Part shown: positions 1 through 11,989 of the stretch, one piece after another
How the letters are laid out: every line of letters starts with the position of its first letter
Position numbering within the stretch: the first letter of the stretch is position 1
Made by a program: the position numbers and the translations under genes
Source: Cetorhinus maximus
Lineage: Eukaryota
Direction: 5' to 3'
Assembly (NCBI RefSeq): GCF_964194155.1
Contig: NC_135891.1
Location: 42,904,001 to 42,968,000, forward strand
DNA length: 64,000 bases
The notes under the pieces: generated by a model
The model's input: only the letters and a program-made list of their open reading frames with translations
What the model was told of the DNA's origin: nothing
The model's database searches: none

Positions 1-135
1 AGGTTCTTGATTGGTAAGCGGATCAAAGGTTACGGAGAGAAGGCGGGAGAATGGCGTTGAGAAACTTATCAGCCATGATTGAATGGCGGAGCAGACTCGA
101 TGGGCCGAATGGCCTAATTTCTGCTCCTATGTCTT
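1..135 (+). mobile_element. 3' end of a CR1 LINE
   Basis: Tail 'gaatggcggagcagactcgatgggccgaatggcctaatttctgctcctatgtcttatg' resembles the CR1 end at ~6330-6382. Confidence 0.75.
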
Positions 136-3100
136 ATGACATCTTCAGCAACCCTGCAGATGGAGCACAGTGTAGCTACACCTGGTCACGGCCAGACGGG
201 TCCAGACGTTCCAGGACAGACTTCCTTTTCATGTCCCATGCATTCACAGTCAGATCCACCAACGTCAAGCCCATATCCTTCTCTGACCACTGCCTCCTAC
301 TGGCTGACTGTCACTTACAGGAAGACTAGAGGGTTGGCGGTGGGGGGGCAGGGAACAAGAAAGCTGAACGTGCAACTGCTGATCCCAGAGAATGTGGAGG
401 AGCTCAAGAGGGATTACAAAGGTTGGAGAGCGACCAAGGAGAACATCAAGTAGTCTTTCATCCTCAAAAGGTATCCAGAAAGCCAGAAAGGAACAGAGGG
501 AAATGTCCCGACTCCAGAAAAGCATGCAAAACCTGCTCCAGCTGCAGTCGATTGGCGGGGGGGGGCGGGGGCCTCCGAGATCATCTTCCGGTCCAGGGTC
601 TGCTCGGTGGAGCAGGATGAGATGTGCTCACATTTCTTCTTCCAAAAATGTTCAGAGAGAGCTCAGTGATCAGCAGCCTAAAGGAAGAAAATGGCTCAAT
701 AAAGTCATCACAGTCCGACATTTTGAGGAGCAGCAAATCCTTTTATGCCGAATTGTACGACGTGAAGCCCACAGACAGCACAGCCTACCAGTCCTTCCTG
801 TCCTCTATCACGGAGGTCTTAGACGACAGCAAATGGGAGAGTCTGAACAAACTGCTAACTCCTGATGAACTGACAAAGGCCCTCGAATCCTTCGAGAAGA
901 GTGAAACTCCCAGAAGCAACAGCTTACCGGCTGAGTTATATTCTGCTCTGTCGGACTGGATCGGCCCAGACCTGCTAGAAGTGTACGAGAGTATGCTTCT
1001 GGCCGGCAGCTTGTCAGAATCCATGAGAAAAGGCATCATCGTCCTCATCTACAAGCAGAAGGGTGAAAAGGGAGGAAATTAGAAATTGGTGACTCACTTC
1101 ACTGTTGAATACGGACTGTAAAATTCTGTCCAAGGTCATCGCCAATCAGGTCAGGTCTGCTCTGGAGTGGGTGATCCACCCTGAGCAGACCCGCGCAGAC
1201 CCTATGTACAGGACAGGGGTGTGAACACCTGCCTCATCAGCCTGGACCAGGAGAAGGCCTTTGACAGAGTATCACACACCTACATGGTGATGTGCTCCAA
1301 AATGGGGTTTGGGGAGGGAATCCGCAACTGGATCCAATTGCTCTACACAATCAGTAGCACAGTTTCAAACAATGGGTGGGAATCAGAAAGCTTTCCAATT
1401 AAATCTGGAGTAAGGCAGGGCTGCCCTCTCTCCCATCCTGTTTGTGTGTTCCATAGAACCCTTTGCTGAGTCCATCAGGAAGGATCCAGGCATAAGGGGA
1501 ATGACGATCCCAGGCAGTGGAGGCACTCAGGTTAAAGCCTCCCTGTACATGGACAATGTCAGTCTTCTGCTCAGATCCACTGTTGGTGTGCGGGCTGATC
1601 AACATCTGTAACCAGTTCGAACTGGCCTCAGGAGCCAAGGTAAATCATGGCAACAGCAAGGCCACGTTCTTTGGGAACTGGGCTGACCGATCCTTTGTCC
1701 CCTTCATCGTCAGGTCAGACAGCCTGAAGGCATTGGGGATATGGTTTGGAGGGACCAGGGCATGCATTAGAAATAGGAAGGAGCGAGTGGCTACGGTGAA
1801 AAGAAAACTGGGCATGTGGGACCAATGCTCCCTCTCCATTGTGGGCAAGAACCTGGTCAACAGGTGCGAGGCACTCGGTGTTGCTGTACAGGTTGCTGTA
1901 TTCTGGCATGTCTGGCCCATCCCTCACTCCAGCACACTGGCGATCACCCAAGCCATCTTTTGTTATATCTGGAGGTCGAAGATGGATCGTATTTACAGGG
2001 ACATGATGTACAAGCCTCCAGATAAAGGGGGAAAAAAAGTGTGCCCAACGTCACCCTCATCCTGATAGCCACCTTTGTGTGTGGCTGCATTAAGCTGTGC
2101 GTAGACCCTTGGTACGCAAACACCAAGTGTCACTACATGTTGACCCTGGTGTTGCAAAGGATGGGCCTGGCCATGCTGTTGCAGAATGCTCCAAGTAGTT
2201 GGACCTGTCCCTCGTGGAAATATTAATGCAGAGAAACACCTTTGACCACAAGTCCATCAGGCAGTTGTCAGCATGTAACGTCCTCGAGGCCCTGCGGAGA
2301 AAGGAGATGGTGCAACCTGACGGTTGGTTCCCCAAGCAGACTGTCAAAGTCATTTTGAGAATCCCGCATCGCTAGAACTTTCCAAAAAGCACCAAGACAT
2401 AGCTTGGCTGGTGATGAGAAAGGCCCTCCCCGTCAGATCCTTCCTACGCACCAGGAGTCTCACCCCCGCTGCACATTGCCCGCGAGGTGGCTGTGGTGGG
2501 GAAGAGACCGTTGTTCACCTCCTTAAGGAATGTGCCTTTGCAAAGGTGGTGTGGAGAGAGATGCAGTGGTTTTTGTCGAGGTTCATCCCAAGCAGTGCTG
2601 TGACACAGGACTCTGTGCTCTACAGGCTGTTCCCAGGGACCCACACTGAGACAAACATCAACTGCAGCTGGAGGATCATCACCTCAGTAAAGGCACTCTT
2701 TGGTCTGCCTGAAACTTGGTGGTCTTCCAGTGCAAAGAATAGTCCTTGACCGAGTGCTGCAGACTGGCACATTCCAAGGTCCAGGGCTGCGTGCTGAGGG
2801 ACGCACTAAAGTTTGGGGCTGCCGCCGCAAAGAGGAAAGGTCGCTGTCTAAGACCTTTCTGCCAGAGTGCACCAAGGGGCTGGGAATTGTATAGACCTCT
2901 CAGGCTGTATGACTAGCAAGGAATGTATGCAGTGAATACTAAATGTATCATAATTGTACTGAAGCACCTCAGAGTGCAATATGATCTAGGTCTACAACTT
3001 GAGTACCATTGCACTGCTTGACTGTCTGCAAAGACCATGTTGAAATATCTGTAATGTTCATTGATTGTATTGAAGCATTTCATGATCTATGTGGAAAATT

Positions 3101-3196
3101 GAATATGACTGCACCTTTTGTGATGGCCATTCTGAAACATTTTGTAATGTTCTTTCAGATATTTTATGAATATAGTATATTTTTCCCAAAAAAAAA
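136..3196 (+). mobile_element. Decayed Tx1/L1-group LINE, ORF2 (APE endonuclease, RT, C-terminal CCHC-type zinc knuckle)
   Basis: ORF pieces: YTWSRPDGSRRSRTDF...FSDHC (endonuclease), SLDQEKAFDRVSH and SGVRQGCPLS (RT), CPRGGCGGEETVVHLLKEC (zinc knuckle). Many frameshifts. Ends in an A-run at 3188-3196. Confidence 0.85.
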
Positions 3197-3299
3197 GTCA
3201 GCAGCACCTAGAGGAGAGCGCCTGTCCCAGGGTCCTTGTCTCGTAGTCAGCAGCACCTAGAGGATGTAGTCTATCTAGAGCATCTAGTCAATACTCAAG

Positions 3300-6200
3300 T
3301 AGGAGTAAGGGTAAAATAAAGGCAAGGATCCATATTCTATTTAGTTAAGATATGTCTGGGATGCTCAGTCCCGCGATTTACACATTCTGCACTATGTGGA
3401 AAATCCTAGATGCTCCTGGTGGTCTGGATGACCATGTGTGCAGGAGGTGCCTCCAACTAGAGCAACTCGAGCTCTGGGTCTTGGAGCTTGAGCAGTAGCT
3501 GGGGGCACTACGGTGCATTGGCATAGGGTAAATAACGTCAAGGAGTTAAATGCGTGACTCAGAGGTTGGTGTGGGAGGAATGGGTTTCAGTTCATGGGGC
3601 ACTGGCATCAGTACTGGGGTAGAAGGGAGCTGTTCTGGTCAGACGGGCTTCACTTGAACCATGCTGGGACCAGTCTCCTGGCAAATCGAATAACTATGAC
3701 TGTGGAAAGGGCTTTAAACTAAATAGAGGGGCGGGGGGCGGTATTCTGGAAAAGATATACTTAGGCTTACAAAGCAAAAGGCTATGACAGCATTGCAGGG
3801 CAGCTATTTAGCCAATGATAGCCAGTATGTGACAGGAAGGGACAGAGTGTACAAGTATAAAAAAAACAGCAGCAAATAGGGTCGGGGTGGGGGTGAAGAT
3901 GGTAAAAGGGCAAAATTAAATGCACATAGTATTCGGAACTAAATAAATGAATTAATAGCACAAAGAGGTTGATGGGTATGATCTTATAGTCATTACGGAG
4001 ACAAGGTTACAAGGAGATCAAAGCTGGGAACTAAATATTCAGGGGTATGTGACTTTTCAAAAGGCCAGGCAGGAAAGATAAGGTGGTGGGGTAGCCTTGT
4101 TAGTATGAGATGCAATAAGTACGACAGCAAGAAATGATTTTGGATTGGAAGATGTGGAATCCATATGGGTAGAGCTAAGAAAAGCAAGGGGAAGACGACA
4201 TTGGTAGCAGTAGCTAGGACAGAGAATAAATCAGGAGATTAAGAGGACATGTAAAAATGGCAGCACATTAATCATGGGTGACTTTAATCTTCAAGTAGAT
4301 TGGGAAAATCAAATTGGCAGGGGTAGCCACGAGCAAGAATTCTTGGAGTATATTCGGTACAGTTTCCTAGAACAATATGTTGTGGATCCAACCAGGGATC
4401 AGGCTATTTTGGATCTGGTAATGCGTAATGAGGCAGGTTTAATAAATAATCTCAGAGTAAAAAATCCCCCAGAAAACAGTGACCATAACAAGGTAGAATT
4501 TAGCATTCAGTTTGAGTGTGAGGAATTTTAGTTGGAAACAACTGCGCTAAACTTAAGTAAGGATGATTACAAAGGAATGAGGGCAGAGTTGGCTGGAGTG
4601 GACTGGGAAAGGAATTTAGCAGCAAAGACAGTTGATGAACAATAGCAGGCATTTAAGAAAATAGTTCCTGACTCACAAAGATATATCCCAGGGGAATATA
4701 TAGGAAGGGGATAAGCCAACCATAGTTAACCAAGGAAGTTGGAGTGTATCAAATTGAAAGAAAAAACAGTGTGGCAAACATTAGTGGTAGACCATAGGAT
4801 TGGGAAAGCTTTAAAAACCAACAGAAGATGACCAAAAATATAACAAATGAGGGGCGAAAATAAACTTTTGAGGGTAAACTAGCAAGTAATATAAAAACAG
4901 GCAGTAGGAGCTTCTTAAAACATATAAAAAGGAAGAGAGGCAAAAGTGAACATAGGTCCCTTAGACAATAAGGCTGGGGAAATAATGATGGGGAACCAGG
5001 AAATGGCAGAGGAGGTGAATAAATACTTTGCATCAGTCTTCACGGTAGAAGACACTAATAGCATTCCAAAATTACTAAATAATCAAGGGGCAAAAGCGGG
5101 GGAGGAAATAAATACAATAACTATCACTAGAGAAAAAGTACTAGGGAAACTAATGGGCCCCTGGATCTGATGGGTTGCATTCTCGGATATTAAAGGAAGT
5201 AGCTACAGAGATAGTGGATGCACTGCTAGTAATCTTCCAAGAATCCTTAGATTCTGGAAAAGTCCCAGAGGATTGGAAAACTGCCAGTGTAACACCCTTA
5301 TTCAAAAAGGGAGACAAAAAACAGGTAACTATAAGCCAGTTAGCTTAACATCCGTCATTGGGAAAATGTTAGAGTCTATTATAAGGGATGTAATAGCAGA
5401 GCATTTAGAAATGCATAATATAATCAAGCAGAAGTCAGCATGGCTTCATGAAGGGGAAATCATGTCTGACAAATTTATTAGAATTCTTTAAGGAGGTAAC
5501 AAGCAGGATAGATAAAGGGGAACCAGTAAATGTAATATATTTGGATTTCCAGATGGCATTCTATAAAAGGTACCGCATAAAAGGCTACTTAATAAGATAA
5601 GAGTCTATGGTGTTGGGGGTAGTACATTAGCATACATAGGGGGTTGGCTAGCTAATAGAAGAGAGAGAGTTGGCATTTTCAGGATGGCAACCTGTGGAAT
5701 ACCACAGGGATCAGTGCTGGGGCCACAATTATTTACAATATATATTAATGACTTGGATGAAGGAAATGAATGTACTATTGCCAAATTTGCAGATGATAAA
5801 AATAGGTGGGAAGCCAAGTGGTAAGGATGACAGTCTACAGAGGGATATAGACAGGTTAAATGAGTGGGCAAAAACTTGGCAGATGGAATATGTGGGAAAA
5901 TGTGATTTATGTACTTGGGCAGGAAGAGCTGAATATTATTTTAAAATGGAGAAAGACTGCAGAAAGCTGCAGCACAGAGGTATTTGGGGTCCCCGTGGAT
6001 TAATCCCAAAAAAGCTAGCATACAAGTTCAACATGTAATAGGGGAGGCAAATGGAATGTTGGCCTTTATTTCAATGGGAATGAAGTATAAAAATAGGGAA
6101 GTCTTGCTAAATATAAATGGGTAACTCCTTACTCAGAGATTAAGACAGAGGTGAAGAGGAATTTCTTCTCTCAGAGGGTAGTTAATCTGTGGAATTCTTT

Positions 6201-6385
6201 ACCACAGAGGGCTGTAGAGGCTGGGTCGTTAAGTATATTCAAGATTGAGAAAGACAGAGTTTTAATTAGTAAGGAAATCAAAGATTATGGGGAAAAAGCA
6301 GGAAAGTAGAGTTGTGGGTCTCACTGAATGGCAGAGCAGACTCGATGGGCTGAATGACCTACTTCTGCTCCTACGTCTTATGGGC
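3300..6385 (+). mobile_element. Decayed near-full-length CR1 LINE (ORF1 remnant plus ORF2)
   Basis: MGDFNLQVDW...PTRDQAILDLVM...SDHN (endonuclease), NYKPVSLTSVIGKMLESII (RT), CR1 3' tail at ~6330-6382. Closely similar to the minus-strand copy at 31310-33140. Confidence 0.9.
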
Positions 6386-8870
6386 ATTCACGAGGCTGAG
6401 AGGTTCATGGATAGCACGTTTCAGGATGTGGTCACCCCGCAGCTTAAGGAAGTGCAAACAGAGAGGGATTGGGTGGCCACCAGACAGAAGAAAGGAACCA
6501 GGTAGGTAGTGAGGCAATGCCCCAAGTACATCTCGCTCGCAAACCGTTTTTCGGCCTTGGAAAACGGTGAGTGTAACAGTTCCTGTGGAGGCCATCCAGA
6601 GCCAAGGCCACTGTGGGTGGTCCAGCTGCTCGGGGCGGGGGGAGAAGTGTGAAAGGGCAATACTGGTAGGGGGTTAGTTAATGAGGGGAGTAGACAGGTG
6701 CTTCTGTCACCATAGACGTGAATCCAGGATGGTATGTTGCCTGCTGGGTGCCAGGGTCAAGGATGTCACGGAACGGCTGCAGGGCATTCTGAATGGGGAG
6801 GGTGAACAGCCAGAGGTCATGGTCCATGTTCGGACCAATGACATAGGAAAAAAGGAAATGAGGTCCTGCAAGCTGACTTTAGGGAGTTCAGTAGGAAACA
6901 AAAGCAGGACTTCAAAAAGGTAGTAATCTCTGGATTACTCCCGGTGTCATGCAGTAGTGAGTACAGGAACAGAAGGATAGAGCCGATGAATGTGTGGTTG
7001 GAGAGATGGTGCGGGAGGCAGGGATTTAGATTCCTACAGCATTGGGACCTGTACAAGTAGCTCAGAGGGGAGAGAAGCTAAGATGGAATTAGAAGTTATA
7101 AACACTAATGAGTGAGTCTGAAAGGCTGATGAAACATAGGCTAGATAAGAAAGTAGTGAGTTTAGTAAGGCTAAATGGAATATATTTTAATGCAAGGAGC
7201 TTGAGGAATAAGAGACGATCTGAGGGTACAGATAAGCACATGGGAGTATGATATCATAGCTGTGACCTGTGACAGAGACTTGACTAAAAGGGCAGGATTG
7301 GCAGCTCCACATTCCTGGTTATAGGGTATTCAGGCAAAATAGGGCAGGGGGGGGGGGGGGGGGGGGCGCAGCGGGTGCAAGGAATCAATTATAGCAGTGA
7401 GGAGAGATGATATCCTGGAAGGATCATCAAATGAAGCCATATGGGTAGAAGTACAAAACACAAAAGGGGCAAATACACTGTTGGATGTTTACTATAAGCC
7501 CCCAAACAAACAAACAAACAAACAAACAAACAAACAGTCAGGGAGAGAAAGAAGATCAAATATGTAATTAGATTTCAGAGAAGTGTAAGAATAACAAGGC
7601 TGTAAAAGTAGGGGATTTTAACTACCCAAATATTAACTGGGGTAGTTTTAATGTGCAAGGTAGGGAGGGAGCAAAATTCTTAAGTTGCATGCAGGAGAAC
7701 CTTTTTAGACAGTACACAGAAAGCCCAACAAGGGAGGGGGCAGTTCTGGGCCTAATATTCAAAAACGGCCCGGGCAGATGGAAGGTGTATCAGAAGGGGA
7801 GCATTTTGCAGATAGTGACCATAACTCAGTTAGATTTAGGAAAGTTATGGAAAAGGATAAGTTGGGCCAGGAATAAAAGTTCTAAACTTGGGAAAGGCTA
7901 ATTTTACTAAGATGAGATACGATTTGGCCTAGGGGGACTGGGAGCAGCTACTTGCAGATTTACTGTGCCAGAGCAGTAGGAGGCATTCAAGGAAGAAATA
8001 TCAAAAGTACAGGGCAAATGTGTTCCTGTAAAGGCAAAGGGGGTTCCAAGTCCAGAGAACCCTGGATGTCAAAGGACATAAAGGTTAGGATTAAGGGAAA
8101 AAAAAGAGGGGTTATGGGCCAAGCACTTGAAAATGGGATTAGTGTAGTCGGATCTTTGTTGACCAGTGTAGACATGGGCCGAATGGCCTCCTTCCGGCTG
8201 TAAACGTCTATGAGTCTATGAATCACAAAAAGTTAGTATGCAGGTATAGCAAGTGATTAGGAAAGCAAATAAAATGTTGTTGTTTATTGCAAGGGGAATG
8301 GAATAAAAGTAGAGAAGCTTTGCTAGAGTCATAGAGGGCTTTGATGAGTTCACATCTGGAGTACTATGCACAGTTTTGGTCTCCTTACTTCAGAAGGATA
8401 TAATTTCATTAGAAGCAGTTCAGAGAACTCAATTGATTCCTGGGATGAAGGGGTTATCTTGTGAGGAAAGGTTGGGCCCGTATCCATTGGAGTTCAGAAG
8501 AATGAAAATCCTGAAGGGAATTGACAGGGTGGATGTTGAGAGGTGGTTTCCCCTTCTGGGGGAGACTAGAACTAGGGGATACTGTTTAAAAATAAGGCAT
8601 CTCCCATTTAAGATGGAGATGAGGAGAATTTTTTTTTCCTCTCAGAGTTGTTGGTCTATGGAATTCTCTTCCCCAGAGAGCAATGGAGGCAGGGCCATTG
8701 AATATTTTTAAGGCTGAGTTAGACTGACTCCCTTGAAAATCAATAATCTAAGGATTTGGGGTTAGACAGGAAAGTAGAGTTGGGACCACAATCAGATCAG
8801 CCAAGATCTTATCAAATGGCAGAGCAAGCTCAAGGGGCCAAATAACCTATTCCTAATTAGTATGTTCATT
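6386..8870 (+). mobile_element. CR1 LINE fragments, including ORF1 SGNH-esterase remnant and ORF2 pieces
   Basis: VCCLLGARVKDV...VHVRTNDIGKK matches CR1 ORF1 esterase blocks. SPTREGAVLGLIF is endonuclease-like. CR1-like tails at ~8170-8225 and ~8810-8870 suggest more than one insertion. Confidence 0.8.
7504..7536. repeat. (AAAC)n microsatellite inside CR1
   Basis: About 8 consecutive aaac units. Confidence 0.95.
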
Positions 8871-8874
8871 TATA

Positions 8875-10490
8875 GGATATGGGCGTTGCTGGTAAGGCAA
8901 ACATTTATTGCCCATCCCCAATTACCTTCAAGTGCTGTTAGACAGTGAGTTCCAGGAATATAAATCACCATTCCTTCATCATTTCTAAGTCAGGGTGGTG
9001 TGTAACTTGGAGGTGGTGTTGCTCCCATGCACCTGTTACCCTTGCTCTTCAAGGCAGTAAAAGGTCACAGGTTTGGGAAGTGCTGATGAAGATGACTTGG
9101 CGTGTCACTTTAGCGCATCTTGTAGATTGTGCTCACTGCAGACACAGAGCAGGTGATTAAGGGAACGTATAAACATTTAAGGTGGTGCCAGTCAAGCTTT
9201 GTCCTGGATGGTATTGCTTTTTGAGGGCTGTTGGGGTTGCAATCACCCAGGTAACTGCAGAGTATTTAATCACACCCCTTGTGCTTTGTAGGTGATGGAA
9301 AGGCTTTGGGGAGTCAGGTGGCGATCCACTCACCCAGAATACCTAGCTCTTGCAGTCACAACATTCAAGTGGCTGGTCTAGATGGGTTTCTGGTCAATGA
9401 TCACTCTCAGGATGCCGATGGTGAGGCATTTGACAATGGTAATGCTGCTGGATGTCAAGGGGAGATAGTTAGACTCTGTCTTGTCGAAAATGGTCATTAC
9501 CTGGCACAAATGGTTCTTGCCACTCAGCCCAAGCTTGAATGTTGTCCTGGACTTGCTGCATGTAGGCATGGACATCATTATCAGAGGAATTGCAAATGGA
9601 ACCGAACAGCGTGTAAGCTTCAGCAAACATTCCCACATCTAACCTCATGATGGAGGGAAGCACAGTGATGAAGCAGCAGGTTGGGCCGGAGAACTCCTGC
9701 AGCAATGCTCAGAAGTTGAGATGATTGGCCTCCAGCAACCACTTTCCTTTGCTAGATATTATTCCAGCCAAAAGAGATCTGATTTTGTTGACTTCAATTT
9801 TACTCAAGCTTCTTGATGCCATGTTTGGTTACCTTCATGCCAAAGGCAATCATTCAGCTGTAGTTCAGCTTTTTTGTCCATGTTTAGATTAAAGCTGTAA
9901 TGAGGTCTGGAGAGGGGTGATCCTGGTGAAATCTAAATGGAGCATTGGTGAGCAAGTGCCACTTGATAGCTGTGTCGACGATATCTTCCATCACTTTATT
10001 GAAGAAGAGTAGGCTGACAGGGCACCAATTGGTCTGATTGGATCTGTTCTGCTTTTTGTGGACAGAATGAGTCTGGGTAATTTTCCACTTTGCTGGCAAG
10101 ATGCCAGCAATGTAGCTGTACTGAGATAACTTAAGTTAAGAGACAAAAACCAGTCCTGAAGCACAAGTCATCAGCACTACAGCCAAAGTGTTATAATGCT
10201 TCGTATCCAGTACACTCTTGATATCACATGGAGTGAATCAAATTAACCAGAAGCCAGCTTCTCTAATGGTGGGAAACCTCAGGAGAAAGCCAAGATGGGC
10301 CTTACACTTGGCACTTCAGGGTGAAGATGGTTTCAACCTTGTCTTTTGCACTGACATGCTGAGCTCCACTGTCATTTAGGATGCGGATGTTTATGGACTT
10401 CCTCCAAGTGTCCACCACCATCCACAACTGGATGTGGCAGGATTGCAGAGCTTGGATCTGATCTATTGATTGTGGGGTCACTTAGCTCTA
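8875..10490 (-). mobile_element. Decayed CR1/L2-group LINE with HE1-type 3' tail (HER1-like)
   Basis: Minus-strand RT remnants (PAKWKITQTHSVHKKQNRSN...PVSLL; QDNIQAWAEWQ). Tail 'atttattgcccatcccc' at ~8903 is shared with the HE1-type SINEs. Confidence 0.7.
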
Positions 10491-11030
10491 TCCACACAGT
10501 CAGACAAACAGACTCTCAGCACAGGCGCAGTGGAGGGCTCAAGGGAGGTAGTGAAGGAGGTCATCAGCATACATGGGGAGCACGTGGACAAGTTGGAGAC
10601 AAATCTTTGGTGAATGCCAGAAAATGGTGTATGGTTCAGAATAGAAGCCATTCTCAGAGATGATCTCATTCTCTTTGCTTAGGTGAGGCTGAAACCAATG
10701 GAGGGCAGTTTCATTGAGTTGGAGGAGGATGGCATGCTCAGTTGTGTCAAAGGTTGCAGAGAAGAGGGGAAAGAAATGCACCAAAAACTTATAGGATGGC
10801 ATGTAACTAGACTGGAATGGAAGCCATTTCAGTGATGTGGTAAGGTGGAAGCCTGACTGACAAGTTTCAAACATGAAGTTGAAGGAAAGATGGCATGGAT
10901 ATAGGAGGTAACAAATGTAAGGGCTTGAGGGGAAAAAGATTGATGATAGGGCAATAGTTTGCAAGTACAGAGGCAGTTTGCAGGTACAGAGAGGTTGAGG
11001 GCATGTCTTTTTTAGGAGAGGAATTATAAC
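10490..11030 (-). mobile_element. Old L2-like LINE fragment
   Basis: Remnants QSGFH, SATFDTTEHAILL, ALHWFQPHLS and MYADD on the minus strand. Confidence 0.65.
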
Positions 11031-11989
11031 AGAGACATAGGGGAGCAAGTGTGTAAAAGATGACAGTGCAACTTTATCCATAGCAATCCAAAGGAGAAGA
11101 ACTCAAATCCTAACAAAGGCATGGGTGGTCATATCATGAAATGCATATAACAGCACATATTAATAACAGTGAGGCTATTAGTGCCCACCATTATTGCGCA
11201 GCAGCTTTTGGAATCTGAATGTGCACAATTAAACACTGAAATCTGCAAGTTGCTATACATCTCCACAAGCCTTGCTGTACCAATACCAGCCTGATGGACT
11301 TAGCATTGAAATCCATGAAAGGGCATTTAGTTGTTGTATTTAGCAATAAAGCTACCAGAAAATGTTTGGGCTGGTACATTCAGATGCGAGTAAGTTTTTA
11401 AACAACATGATAACTAAATCACCAAACAACTTCTCCTGAAAATCTTAAAAAAAGAATTAGCCTTTTATCTCTCGCTCATCTTTCATCATTTTGTTTTCCG
11501 TACATGATCTGACAATGAACTAAATATTCTAAATTTATACTTCCTGGTTTAGACTCTGCAAAGGTGAAATCGGTACATACCAGCAGCATATGATGGACTC
11601 CTAGTGAATGAACAGCCAATTTCAGTGCCCAATCATCTTTCCACTAAATTCATAGAACGATAGTTCAAACTCAGACTCGTTTCCTAGTCTGATTGCCATT
11701 TTACTTCATTTGAAATTTAAAAAATATCTTGGCCATATTTTCTAGATCAATGGAAGATAAAAATCGGTGAAATGTATAACAGGCTGCTAGTTCGTGCTAC
11801 TGGCTTAGACCAATTTCACCCACTTCATGTCTCAAGTGAGAACTCTTTAATGCTAATAAAGATTGGTTCCAGTTTTATCCTTCACTAATGGGTATTCTGG
11901 AGTATTACAACCCACTCCTTTGCCCCAAACGGGAATGACTTTGGTCAAAATCTGAAGTTCCACAAATACGCACAGAAATCCTGTTTCTA

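Noticed and set aside
7346-7366. Poly-G/C runs (also ~13391, ~34038, ~51231) as functional G-quadruplexes
   Set aside because: Homopolymer expansions inside decayed repeats; lengths are error-prone and nothing suggests function.
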